Part shown: positions 38,733-51,318 of the stretch, in pieces
Position numbering within the stretch: the first letter of the stretch is position 1
Layout: every line of letters begins with the position of its first letter
Origin: Lama glama
Taxonomy: Eukaryota
Reading direction: 5' to 3'
Assembly: GCA_028534125.1 (NCBI GenBank)
Contig: CM052817.1
Span: 98,396,001 to 98,460,000, forward strand
Length of the DNA stretch: 64,000 nt
Made by a program: the position numbers and the translations under genes
The notes under the pieces: generated by a model
Told to the model about the DNA's origin: nothing
The model's input: the letters and a program-made list of their open reading frames with translations, nothing else
Database searches by the model: none

Positions 38733-39687
38733 GGAAAAAAAAGATTACTTAAAACTTTGTGATCCTTTTTAGGACTGTTATTATTTTAAAGAATAAACAA
38801 AAGCAGAATCCTTACTGAAAAAAAATCAGACTTTCAATGGTAAAAATTAAAGATGCAGTGAGCTGCAGGAAAGGAATTTGAAGGTTTGACCTTACCCCCT
38901 CTTATCCATTTACCTCCCCCAACATAGTTGGCTTGCAAGAGTAAGATAAAAGCCTTAACTGGACTGATGCAAAAGGCCTATTAATGCTTACCCAGTCTCC
39001 ACTCTAGTCCACCCCAAGCTCTTTAGACAAGTACACATACCCAAAATACCATCTACTATGTCAACCATGTTTAGAAGTCTTTTGTACTAATTTCCCAGTC
39101 GGCAATGAATAAACACTCCCAGTCTTGTATTTAGAGCTATTCACAGTCACGTCTACTCTTGCCAGATTAATCCCAAAAGAATATGTTTAAATGTACTTCA
39201 CATAGCTAGAAGCAACGTCTACGTTATTAGTGTAAAACAGGGTAGAGCTGGAAGGCTTAGAAGCAGTAGTTCATTTATTCACTTTTACTGGAAGATAATG
39301 AAACAGCCTTCTATGGGTGTCACTTGTTATAGACATGTATGAATTAGAAATATACATCCCATTAGCTGGAAGTAACTGTCTATTCTGTGATTAACTAATA
39401 TGTTCTGAAAATAACAGATTACAAAAACTGTTCAAATTTCAAAAAACATAACACAATTTCCTAGTCTAAATCCATCTAAATTTCCTTAATAATATTCATA
39501 TAATGTCCTTATCTAAACAGGGTGGTAATGATTTAGTATGTTCACTCAGAAAGAATTTAGCAGCATAAGTCAAATAAGACATAATTCAGAAGTTTCATTT
39601 ACAGGAAAAATATAAAAACTCAGTATTTTTTAAAATAGTAGATAACAAACTATTCAATAGGAAAAATAATTATCAGCTGTCTAATAG

Positions 39688-40065
39688 TGCTATGGACTGA
39701 ACTGTGTCTCCTCATAATTCATATGTTGAATCTCTAAGCCTCAATGTGACTATATTTGGAGATACGACCTTTAAAGAGGTAATCAGGTTAAATGAGGCCA
39801 TAAGGGTAGGGCACTAATCCAGTATGACTAGTGTCCTCGTAAGAAGAGAGAGACAGTAGAAACACATACACAGGAAAGGCCATGTAAGGGCAGAGCAAGA
39901 AGGCAGCTATCTAACAGTAAGGAGAGAGAGGCTCCAGGAGAAACCAGTCCTGCAGGCACTTTGGTCTTGGACTTCCAGCCTTCAGGACTTTGAGAAAGAA
40001 ATTTCTGTTGTTTAAGCCACTCAGTCTATGGTATTTTGTTATGGCAGCCAAAGCACACTAATACA
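39688..40065 (+). mobile_element. MLT1A/B MaLR solo LTR
   Basis: tgctatggactgaactgtgtc...ttggacttccagccttcaggact...ggtattttgttatggcagcc...ctaataca; imperfect TSD aatag/aatga. Confidence 0.92.
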
Positions 40066-40820
40066 AATGACAAGTCAAAAAGAAAAATAATCAACGATAG
40101 GAAAAGAGGGAAAAAGACAAAGGATGAGACGGAGACATTCACACACAGAACATAACATATGGGAGGTGTAAGAAACCCAGACATATATACAGACACTGTG
40201 AGACCTAATGTTGTAAAACAGCATTTTGAAGCCTTTTAAAAACTGCTGCTAAAGATTTCAGAATCACATGAGTTTCTTCTACTATTCACATAGTGACATC
40301 TTAGGACTTGCCCTGATGAGTTGGTGAAATTAAAGTGAAGTTCCAATTCTATTTTCAAGTCACAGATTCCCATGTCCAAGATTACTCTAACTCAAAAAAC
40401 CATTAGTATGTGGTCATAAAATTGTCCTTGGAGTTTTAAGTCCTCCAAGTGCCACACCCCTAACAAACATCTTGGTTCTCCATTGGTCTCCACTATCTTT
40501 TCTTGATAGTCTAGGTACCATTACAAAAATAGGTGCGATCACATTTGGCACAAACCATTGGGATGATCACTTTGACTATTACTGCTCTTCAAACAAAAAT
40601 CAATACGTATATTTAGGAGTTAAGGTGATTAGCAAAATTAACACAAAATAAGATAACAGAACTAAAGCACTGCTTCAGAAAAAAGGTGAATTTCAATGGG
40701 GAGTCATTTTAGGAATGAAATATGTCCAGAGCAGAATCTTACATGTTATATCAAAATTAACTCAATAATATGACAGAAAAATGGTAATTCAAGTCTATGT
40801 CCAGTTTTACAAATACTTAC

Positions 40821-40933
40821 AGTATAATAATCCTGAAACACTGATGATTCAGAGAAAGTAGGCCAACTGGAGTCACGAGCCAAACAGGAAAACCTTTTTG
40901 ACACAACTCCTCTCCAATCATACAATGCTCTGT
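40821..40933 (-). CDS. IQCM: IQCM internal coding exon (113 nt, phase 1 to 0)
   Basis: Minus strand: tttctaacag|AC AGA GCA TTG TAT GAT TGG ... GAT TAT TAT ACT|gtaagt. Peptide (D)RALYDWRGVVSKRFSCLARDSSWPTFSESSVFQDYYT resembles recalled human IQCM DKAFYDWRGFV...SIFRDYYS. Confidence 0.92.
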
Positions 40934-42954
40934 CTGTTAGAAATATCAATGTAGGTTAAAAGAATATTTATCCAGGAAAAGTACACACTGATCACCCTGC
41001 TTAATGTTACAAAGAGGAAAGTAAATCAGCTTTATGGCCCCACTATTCCGTATTAAAATCGCATCTTGTCATCTAATCAGAGAGATGAAGAAGTGATAGC
41101 ACGGCATTGAGAGGCTTCAATTAATGGGCTTCCTCTTACAGTAAAGCTCTCGTGTTTTTATTGCATACAGTGTGCCCATCAGAAAATTAATAGGTTCATT
41201 CTTTTGACTCTTCTCTTCAAGAACACTGACTTCGTTTTAAAAGAAAGCTTAAAGCAAAATCATATTTGTGAATAGCACTTACAAAAAGAAAAGAAACCTC
41301 CTTTCCCAGTCACATAAGCAGCTTAACAGAAAATTCAGAATTATTATGAAGGCACAAGTTTTGATATTGCAAAGTAAATTAAATTATTGAAAGTATTTAA
41401 GGTAAATAGGTTGAAAGAGCAAAAGGTTAGCCAGCATATGCCCACATATTTCTTCTGTCTCACGGTAGCTGTTAAGTGGGATTTCTGCACAATTTTTTTT
41501 TAATGAAGAAAAGATTTTAGATTGATTTGTCCACTTATTTCTCAGAAATATTAAGCATTTTAAATAACAAAAATTCAGTTTAATCCTACCATCCAAATGA
41601 ATCAAACTATTTTTACATTTCCAATTTTCTTTCTAACACTTATTCATATACATATATTCTTTCCTGAAACCTTCAATTTAATAGAGCCCTCCATGGGCCA
41701 GTTAATTTCATATAAATTTAGAGAAAAGAATATATTCTCTCATTTCATTGCTTCAATTTACTTACAGGACCATAAGTTAAATGTCTTCTATATAGGGAGA
41801 TAGAGTAGTTACATGAAATAATAAAAAAGTGATATTATCTCAGGGACATCCTAATCAATACATGCACACACGCCCTGCCCCATTTTAATTTTATGTATAT
41901 TTCTTCAATTTCAGTCAAAGAGTCTCTGCCCTCTATCAAAAAGGAAGTCTCTAGAAGAGGCAACATAATAAGTCACACATTTCAATCACAATGCAATATG
42001 AATAAGTGAATGTATTTAATGGAACAAATGCCACTAAGGGGGAGATCATAGAGAATCTGAAAATATTATTATCTGAGAAGAGGACAGCAAAGGAGAGGAC
42101 ACACACATCATACTTTATTTGCAGACTTTTATAAACCTAGGGGGATATAAAAGGATAGCATAAGAGTTATTAAAGATGTGGAAGCCCCCACAAATTTCTT
42201 AGGAAGCTTTTTTGACTAATTTGAAGCATCTCCCAACTCATCGGCACCATCCCTGTCCCACCCACTTCCCTGAATGAACTTCTACAATAAGCATTCTCAC
42301 TATTTTAGATAATTGAGCATCTCTTTCCAAACTCCTTTTTTAAATCTATAAATTCTTCTGGGATAAGGAAAATATTTTACTTGGAATTGCTCTGTGATTC
42401 TGGTTTATTAGCAATATGATTAAAGCAGCTATGTAAACACTAATGAACAAGAATTAGCCTCACAAGGTTAAATCTCACAGGCGAAAGGGAATCTTTGTGA
42501 TCACTGAAGAGCCCAACCCAAAATGAAACTAAATACTATATGACTTATTTTTCCAAGAGATTCCAGAGCATTCCAAATATTTTATCTTGTTTACTCACAA
42601 AACAGACTCATGTAATTGAGAAGGACATACATTATTTTCTCTAGTATATAGGTATCATACTAGAAAATACAGCTATAACTTTTCCACGTCAGGAAGCAGT
42701 AAAGCCTCCACTAAAATTCTCAAGGTAATCATTCACACCCTGATCTATGCTAACGACTCCTCCTCAGAAGCCACGCACAGAAGGTGACATGCAACAAATT
42801 TCGGTTTATCCCACAAAGTCAGTAGGAAGTTATAAGCTGATAGTTTGAAGAAGACCAAAGTCATATATCAGACTAAATCGTCACAAAGCCTTCCCGGAGC
42901 CAACATCCTCACAGATAATGCCGGAGAGAAATGAAAATTTTGAATTCTAGGGTA

Positions 42955-43014
42955 TGTGTGTGTGTGAGAGACAGAGAGAGACAGAGAGAGACAGAGAGAC
43001 AGAGAGAGACAGAG
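42955..43014. repeat. (TG)n followed by GA-rich (GAGACAGA)n repeat
   Basis: Read directly. Confidence 0.9.
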
Positions 43015-45864
43015 CACAAGAGAAGGCTGTACACTGATAGGTGAAAAAATAAGAAATCTTGTCAGGACTCCCAGTTTATTAGCCAACAGAACAGAACAAA
43101 ATACTCAGAGATTAAACAAATCTGGGGAAAATGAAACATCAAAATTTGGAAAGAAATCAAAATATTCCCATCACATTAACAAGGAAGGACTGGCTAACTT
43201 TGAACATAGAAAAATTGGAAAACTGTTAAAATCTATACTAATGTCTTCCTGCACTTGAATTTCCTGAGTACTTACTTAGACTCTTTTTGAAAAACTTTAT
43301 TATGCCACTAGTTCATGTTATGTTGTTGTCTTCTTCATACCTCATCTCCCTACCTAGGCTTAAAAGTTTTTCACTTGCTTTGTATTCTCCATAATATTAA
43401 ATACAATGCTGTACCCCAAGCACAAGTTCAATATATGCTCCTGGATTGATTTAGCATCAAGAAAAACGCCAGTCAGCACGCTGTTAAGAGTAAAAGTCCC
43501 CATACAATGCAACTGACATAAACACCTGAAAAACTGGGAGAATCTTTAGAAAGGTATTTTTTTTAATTTTACTATTTTTCAAGACCGAATATTTTTCACC
43601 AGACCATCTTCCCTCTCTTGATGTTTATCTTGATGTATAAAATGATAATAGTTTTTAAATACATATCAGTTTTTATTTCATTTTCCATTTTCATTCAGAT
43701 TTCTGTAGTTAACAGTGAGCCTACTATTTACACAGGTGAGAGATATTTCTAAAATCGAATAAGCATAGTTATTTTAGAAAGTTAAATGACTTAGATGACT
43801 CACAGAAAACTGGTAAGATTGTATCTGGTGATATTGCCAGGAGAATGAGGAAAGAAAGAAGGGAAAGAAGGAGGAAGGAAGGAAAAATCTCTAGCTAGTT
43901 AAAACATTCACCACTTTTCTATAGTCTTTGTAGCGACACATGTCCTCCATATTGAAAACCAATAGATTTGTCCAAGTTGTCTGAATATCAGCAAAAAGCC
44001 CAAAGACAATAGGAATTCAAACTCTTCAGACATACTGTTTTAGTCTACCAAGAAACCAAATGTTCATAAGAAATAATGTATGCAACTGTCTCCAACAGAG
44101 CCAAAGAAGTCCAGATGCAAGCACAGTGTCTTTATGAGGACGTGACAGAGCCCAGGACATCACCGGGCCCCATGGCCCTGTGTCCCTAAGCCTCTTTTAT
44201 GCCAAGTTCATTCTGTTTCCTTTTTATCAATTCCCTTGTATCAATTAATTCTTTGAGTTAATTGCACATGCAGTTTTAATCTGTAGGTAATTACAATCAA
44301 TTAATAGTTAGGAGACAGAATTAGCAGTTCTTAGTTTGATTATCTATATAATTAAAAGGGGTGGTAAACTAGAGTTGACAAATAGCATCTTAATCACTTG
44401 AATAATCAAACCCCAAAAGCTTGCTTGGGCAGCTGAATTCCACCTCTTACATTTGTTTAAATTTTAGAATCAATGACTGAAATGTCCATTTAAATCAATT
44501 TATATTGTTAATTTATAGTCAAAAATGAACAATGTGTATTCTAAAATTACTTAAACTATTTACCTTCTTTCATTTTTTTTTAACAAATCACTTCCAAAAG
44601 GAGTCAATAAAAATAGATTCAACAAACTAACTTATGTATATCAACTAAATATCAGCAATAGAGATGACTCCCAAATCTTATGTTATAAAACATCTAAGAA
44701 ATACGAAGTCCTTTTGTACTAGGTTCTATTTAACACTTTTATTGAAGTGTGTACTGAGAGACAGCAAATAAGCCACAGTTTTAATCTTTCATTTTTGGCT
44801 GTCTAATGGAAACAGTTGTTTGCAGATACAGAGCAAATACCGAGAAGCAGGATAAGTTTAACATGAGTTAGAAAAATTTATGAGGACTTCATTATGGTTA
44901 GGATACAATATAATAGAACAGTGGCATCACTGTTGCATAATATCCTTGTGAATTGCCAAGTATTTGAACAAAGTTTGGCAGATACTTCCAAGCTTATAGT
45001 AAATAAAAAATGTTCAAAAAGAATCATGATTTCTGGCTCAATATGGCTTGTTACCTTCGGCTGTGAGGCAGCCCCTTTTATAGCCCCACTGAAATACTCT
45101 CATGATTTTAAAAAACAGATGAAAATCTCAAGGTCACAAAAAATTAAATTTAACCATTTACCAATCTGCAGATGAGACAACATTTTTCATTGATTAGGAT
45201 GATGAAAGTGAACAGAGGAAAGCAATCAGTGATCTTTACATGACAATACACCCCTACCCCATCTGAAAGCTGTTAGAAAGACATTTAATAAATACTAAGA
45301 AAAAATAAACAAAGAAAACAGAACAAAAACCATTTCTCTAAAATGTGGGTGCTGTTTTTGAAGGATCATTTGCCTCTCCACTACCCCCCCCCATCGATCA
45401 CAATCCATTTGGACACCACAACTCCACGAAAACAACTAGAAAGGAAGTAATCCTGATGGTAATTACCAGGATTTGATACAGTCCTATTTTAAGGGAAGAG
45501 TTCTGTGCAGAGCAGGGGACAGGCAGGTCTTGATAACAATGTATAATGGGGATTGTAATTTTCTTGTGCTGAAATAGCTAAAAATAGTAACAAATAAAGG
45601 AGTAGAATAGAAAAGGCCCCACCTTGGCAGAGCCAAACTGTTTCAGATGGATGTCTGCAATTACCGGGGAATTAGAGAGAAGTGGGCATTGACACCTTCT
45701 CATCAACTGCAGAACTAGAAAAGACCACAGACACACCCAAGTGAATATGGAGCAGAGACGAGAAAAATCTACCATGTTCTCCATCTGTAAATCATTCATT
45801 TTGCATAGACCTATTTCTCATTCAAGGAAGAGCAAACACACTGGGGCCTACTTTAGCGTGACAA

Positions 45865-46060
45865 TGCTAGTTAACATTCAGGTAGGACCTAGATTGCTAA
45901 ATACTTAATATACATTACCTGATCTATTCTGCAAAATAACCCTGTGAGGTGGGTGCTGAGTTTATCCCAGTTTAACAGAGGAGAAGACAAATTAAGTCAC
46001 TTTTCCAAGTTTAGACAACTGGTCAGTAGTCATTCTGAATTTGAAGCCCAGATGACTGTG
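45865..46060 (-). mobile_element. MIR SINE
   Basis: aataaccctgtgaggtggg...tttatcccagtttaacagaggag...ttaagtcacttttccaag...gaatttgaagcccagatgactgtgac. Confidence 0.8.
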
Positions 46061-46080
46061 ACACAAAGAGGAAAGGTCCC

Positions 46081-46561
46081 TGCAGTAGACTTAACAATGG
46101 CCCCAAAGATAGCATGTCCTAATCTCCAGAACCTGTACATGTTAGTTCATATGACAATAGGGACTTTGCAGGTGTGATTAAATTAAGAATCCCCAGAGGG
46201 GAAGATTATCCTGGATTATCTCAGTGGACCCCACATGCAAGTGCCCTTACAAGAGGGAAACAGAGGGAGATTTGACTGAAAGAAGAGAAAGAAATGTGAT
46301 GAGAGAAGCAAGAGACTAGAATGATTGGAGGAAGAGGTCATGAGCCAAGAAATGCAAGCAGCCTTTGGAAGCCAGAAAAGGCAAAGAAACAGATACTTCC
46401 CTAGAATCCCAAGAAGGAATTAGTTCTGTGAACATCCTGACTTAGGCTAGTGGAATTAATTTTGGATTTCTTGTCTCTATAACCATAAGATAATAAATTT
46501 GTATTGGTTTAAGGGAGTAAATTTTGGCAAATTGTAAGAGGAGCCATGGGAAACTAATGCA
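46081..46561 (+). mobile_element. MLT1D MaLR solo LTR
   Basis: aatggccccaaagatagcatgtcctaatctccagaacctgt...gggactttgcaggtgtgattaaattaag...gattatcctggattatc...ggaaactaatgca. Confidence 0.9.
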
Positions 46562-46678
46562 GTCTACAATTCTGAAAATCTAGTAAAATATTCTACTTGA
46601 AGCAGAAGAAAATTTTAGAAAAGTGTTGGCATTCTCAACATATTGTAAAAAGCCAACTCTTCAAAATAGAGGCCAAAA

Positions 46679-48101
46679 CATGGGAGTGCAAGTATTTTCT
46701 CAAATTAGGTTTTCAATGAATATATGTATGTATATGCATGACTGGGACATTGTGCTATATCCTAGAAATAGACACATTGTAATTGACTGTACTTCAATTA
46801 AAAAAAATAGCATTTTCATTTTCTTGGGATGTAACACCAAGGAGTGGAACTGCTGGGTCATATGGTAGTTATATTTTTAGTTTTCTGAAGAACTTTCATA
46901 CTGTTTCCATAGTGGCTGCACCAATTTACACTCTCATCAACAGTATACAGAGTTTCCTTTTCTCAACATCCTCACCAACACTCTTTATTTGTAGACTTTT
47001 TGATGGCAGCTGTTCTAACAGGTGTGAGGTGATATCTCATTGATTTCATCGTGATTTTGATTTGCATATGTCTCTGTTGATTGGCAATGTTGAATATCTA
47101 TTCACAGGCCTGCTAGCCATCTGTATATCTTCTTTGGAAAAATGTTTATGCAGATCCTCTGCCCATTTTTTAATCTGGTTGTTCAGTTTTTTTGGTATTG
47201 AGTTGTATGAGTTGTTTATATATTTTGTATATTAACCTGTTATCAGTCATATAATTTGCAAAATGTTTTCTCCCACTCGGTTGGCTTTTCCATTTGTCCA
47301 TGGTTTCCTTTGCTGTGCAGAAGTTTTTTTAAGTTTAATTAGGTCCCATTTGTTTATTTTGCTTTAGTTTCCTTTACCTTAAAAGACAGGTCCAAAAAAG
47401 TGTTTTGAAAATTTATATCAAAGAGTGGTCTGCCTATGTTTTCTTCTAGGAGTTTTATGGTTTCTAGTCTTATATTTAGATCTTTAGTACATTTTGAGTT
47501 TATTTTTGTATACTGTGTGAGAAAATATATCTGAAGAAAATGAAAACACTAATTTGGAAAGATACATGCACTTCAGAGTTCATAGTAGCATTATTTACAA
47601 TAGCCAAGATATAGAAGCAACCTAAGTGTCCAACAATAGATGAATGGATATATATATTCCACATATATACAGAATACTACTCAGCCATATTAAAGAATGA
47701 AATGCTGCCATTTGCAATAATGTGGATGGACTAGAGGGTATTATGCTTAGTGAAATACGTCAGATCAAGAAATACAAATACTGTACATTATTTCTTATAT
47801 GTGGAAACTAACTTTTCAAATGAATGAATATAACAAAACAGAAACAGACTCACAGACATAGAGATCAAACTTGTGGTTACCAGTGGGAAGAGGGAAAAGG
47901 AGGGCAGGATAGGGGTAGGGGATTAAGAGGCACAACTACTATATATATAGTAAATAGGCTACAAGGATATATTGTACAGCACAGAGAATACAGCCAATAT
48001 TTTACAATAACTTTAAATGTAGTATAATCTATAAAAATATTGAACCACTATGTTGTATACCTGAAACTACTATAATATTGCAAATCAACTATACCTCAAT
48101 T
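46679..48101 (+). mobile_element. 5'-inverted L1: antisense ORF2 part 46679-~47526, sense 3' part ~47527-48101
   Basis: Antisense: gctgggtcatatggtagttatatttttag, ctttgctgtgcagaag, gcctatgttttcttctaggagttttatgg. Sense: gcaacctaagtgtccaacaatagatgaatggat...atacctcaatt. TSD aaaatagaggccaaaa (46663-46678) / aaacaagaggtcaaaa (48102-48117). Confidence 0.9.
46716..46807 (+). mobile_element. Young camelid-type L1 3' tail nested in the inverted L1
   Basis: atgaatatatgtatgtatatgcatgactgggacattgtgc...gacacattgtaattgactgtacttcaattaaaaaaaa, nearly the same as 54658-54750; imperfect TSD aaattaggttttca / aaatagcattttca. Confidence 0.85.
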
Positions 48102-48119
48102 AAACAAGAGGTCAAAAGC

Positions 48120-48960
48120 AATAACAAAAAATAAACTAAGACTTTAAAAAAATAGCAATAGTTGTAAGGTAAACGAAAATGGAATAAGAGTTTTTACAAA
48201 CACAAGTAATATAAAAAAATCAGACAAGTAATGGCAGAATTAAAATGCACTTCAGAGTTAGTGGGGGTGTAAAAGACAGCGCAGAATATCAAATGACTTG
48301 GTTTGGCAAGGATTCCTAGAATAGGAAGAAAAGTGTCCCAAGATGACAATTATGAGACAGAAGATTATAGATTAAAGAGTACAAAAAATAAATAGCCATA
48401 GAAGGAATCATACACTTTACTGAAGATGAAAACAGAACAATCAGAAATGATAAAAAAAAAAAACCCACACTACTGAATAATAATTTCCTGAGCTGAAAAA
48501 AAGATTTGACTCTTCTGAGTATTGGGGCTCACTGCATTTCAGAGAAAGTTAATTAAAAGGGATCTGTATGCAAGTACATCCTGCAAAATTAAAGGAATAA
48601 AGAAAATTTAAATTGTAAGAATAAAGAAAAGTTGATATATATTTAGAAAGAAAAAATATCAAATGTGCAAAACATAGGTTGTTTGCCAAATTTCTTCTGT
48701 GAAACAGCAAAAGAACCTATACATCATAGAATACTACCAACAGAGTTTCCAGGAAAAAGAAAAGTTGTGAAACAGAAATTTTATAACCAAATTTTCTCAA
48801 TGTGTAAAGGACAGGAAAAAAAATCATTCTCAAATATACCAATGTCCTAAAAATCTGCATAGAAACATATGCATTTTTGTTTAAGTAAAGAAACAAACAC
48901 ACACTTAACTGAAGACCAAGACATGAATCCAAGTCAAGGATAAAAGAATTTAGAAATCAT
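48120..48960 (+). mobile_element. Very old L1ME/HAL1 ORF1-like remnant
   Basis: A-rich; taatttcctgagctgaaaaaagatttgactctt..., acagaaattttataaccaaattttctc. Confidence 0.55.
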
Positions 48961-50794
48961 GGTATAAGAGTACCAGTAGTTCTTCCCATAGCCAGTATGT
49001 TCAGTTCCAGTAGATCACTTGGAGTACCTGGATGTTGTAGCTCTGACGTAAAGCTTGATCCTGCCAGGCTTTGCCTCATAGATTCTTTTCTTTTTATTCT
49101 ACTTCCCCAGGAACCAATTTGTTTCCTAGGATATAAACTTGAACTCACAGTTCAAATGAAATGTTCTTTCTTTCAAATGGAATCTTGCTCTCTAACCAAT
49201 AACCAATGTTGTTCTCTTATGCACTTACAATGGCTAAACGTTTGGAACATGTACCCAGAGACCTAGTTAACAAGAAATAACAAAGAACAATACAATGGCT
49301 ATTTTCAGCTTTACAGAACTTAAATAATGATTTCTCTCCTTTTAAAAGTTCAAGTTGAATCACCTGAGTCATGACATTGCCCCTCACAAAGTTCCTCTTT
49401 ATATCACAGGAAAACACTCAGTGTTCTTACAGTGCTCCATTGTTTAACTATGGGGGAAAATATACCTGGAAAACAGATCATAGGAAATATACCAGTATTT
49501 AACAGTAGTATTTCTGGGTGGTGGAATACTAAAGGATTGTTGTTTTTTGTGATAATGTTCTGTATTTTTCAAATTTTCTGCAATTTGTTATAACTAATGG
49601 CAATTTTAGGGAAAAAAAAGCATTCAAAATAAGGCCTAAAATTTGAGGTAAAAATAAGCAAAAATTATGTAAAAAACTATGAACAAAAGCAAAGTCCAGA
49701 GAGAGCATCATAGAATTTTAGAGATGGTTTACCTTTCGGTAGGCATTAGATTGAGACTAAATTTTACTTCTTTTTTCCTGGCAAGGACATTTTGTACTTA
49801 TAAAAGAGAAAATACAATTTGTTTTAAAACTTCTTTTAATAAACATGCAACAAAAATAAATCTTTCCTTCAAATTTGCCCTCAATGATCACGATATATTT
49901 TGGGAGCAGCATGGCATGAGGTGGGGAATGATGGCATCTTTATAGTCAAAACTCTTATTCTCCTCTCACAAGTAAGAGACAATCCGCTGTGTCCTAGTAG
50001 CTTTGGAAAACTTTGGTCTCAGGCTTAGGAATGAAAGACTCTTGATTAACTAAAGCAGGGGCCCAGGTACCAGGTCTGTCAGATTTACTTCTACAAAGCA
50101 GGGGCAGCTATCTGAATAGGTGATCTGAAAGCACCTGTTGATGGCAGCTCACCTTTCATCTTTGCCAAAAAGCACTCTGACAAGTACAGCTCATGCTGGC
50201 ATCACACTACAAATGCCAGGGGGGCAGGAACTGTGCCCAGTGCACTGTTTTATCTTCCATACAACCATAATGCCTGGTACAGAATATGTGCTAATAGTTT
50301 AAAAGGAATTAATGTTAAAATGAACTGGATGATGTGTGTTTTACAGATGACAGTGATGTCATAGGTTTCTAGGCAAAAAAAAAAAAAAGACAAAGGTACA
50401 GGATAAAAGTGCATATTGGATGATAATGTAATGGGAGCGTTCTTAGTGTCCCCGCTCCTCTGCAAATGGAAGCAATGATTAACTAGTCTTTTGTTCGACT
50501 CACATAACTCAAAAATTTTTTTAATTAATTTTTCCAGATTTCTTATGTATTGATGTTTGGACCATATGGTTACTTATTTCAGTCAAGATTTTGGTGGCCA
50601 CACTCATACATGCTTGGTGAAAATGAAAATTTGAAAAGACTTCTGGCAAAGTAGTTTATCAGTAAGAGAATTCTTTTAAAGCTAGTATTTTTGATGTAAT
50701 ATCAATTTCTAGAAATCTTTCATAAGGAAATAATCTGAAATATGCCAAAAGATTTATTAATAAAGATATGTATTATAGCATTATTTATAATAAT

Positions 50795-51318
50795 TGTGCA
50801 GAAGAGTTAGCATAGCAAACTTGAGACTGCTATTCTTAGAAAAACATGCTTGCAAGGTTGACCCTCAGTTGGCATCTGAGTACTTGGAAGGTAAACAGTT
50901 CCCTACCTTGATGTAAAACTTTGCCTAAAAGATAAGGATATCTCACTGTGTCTACACTGTGCAAACAATATAGTTTATGCAGAATGTCTGCTTTCCTTTT
51001 GGAAATCTGGAATGTTGGTACATGCTGGGCAGAGGGTGCCTATGTAACCATGTTCCAGTAAGAACCCTGCGTGCTAGTCTCTAATGAGTTTCCCTGGTGT
51101 ACAACCCTTCACACCTGTCATGTTCATTGCTGGTGGAATTAAGTGCATTCATGTGAGTCCACAGGAATAGGACTCTTGGAAGCTTGCTTGCTCCTGGTTT
51201 CCTCTGGACTTCACTCACTACAATGAACCTTAGCTGTGGATATGACTATATGCTGAGTCCCATGAGTCCTCCTAGAAGATCATTTTAATTGGGGGTGATT
51301 TTGGGACCCCCCAACACA
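50795..51318 (+). mobile_element. MER68-type ERVL solo LTR, 5-bp TSD ATAAT, inside an L1ME fragment
   Basis: ataat|tgtgcagaagagttagcatagcaaacttgagactgctattcttagaaa...cttgcaaggttgaccc...ttgggaccccccaacaca|ataat. Confidence 0.92.

Noticed and set aside
48957..49148. ORF with QHPGTPSDLLEL, loosely like the upstream IQCM segment recalled as LQPGTSNLELL
   Set aside because: Similarity is short, the flanks do not match, and I found no suitable acceptor or phase-1 donor.
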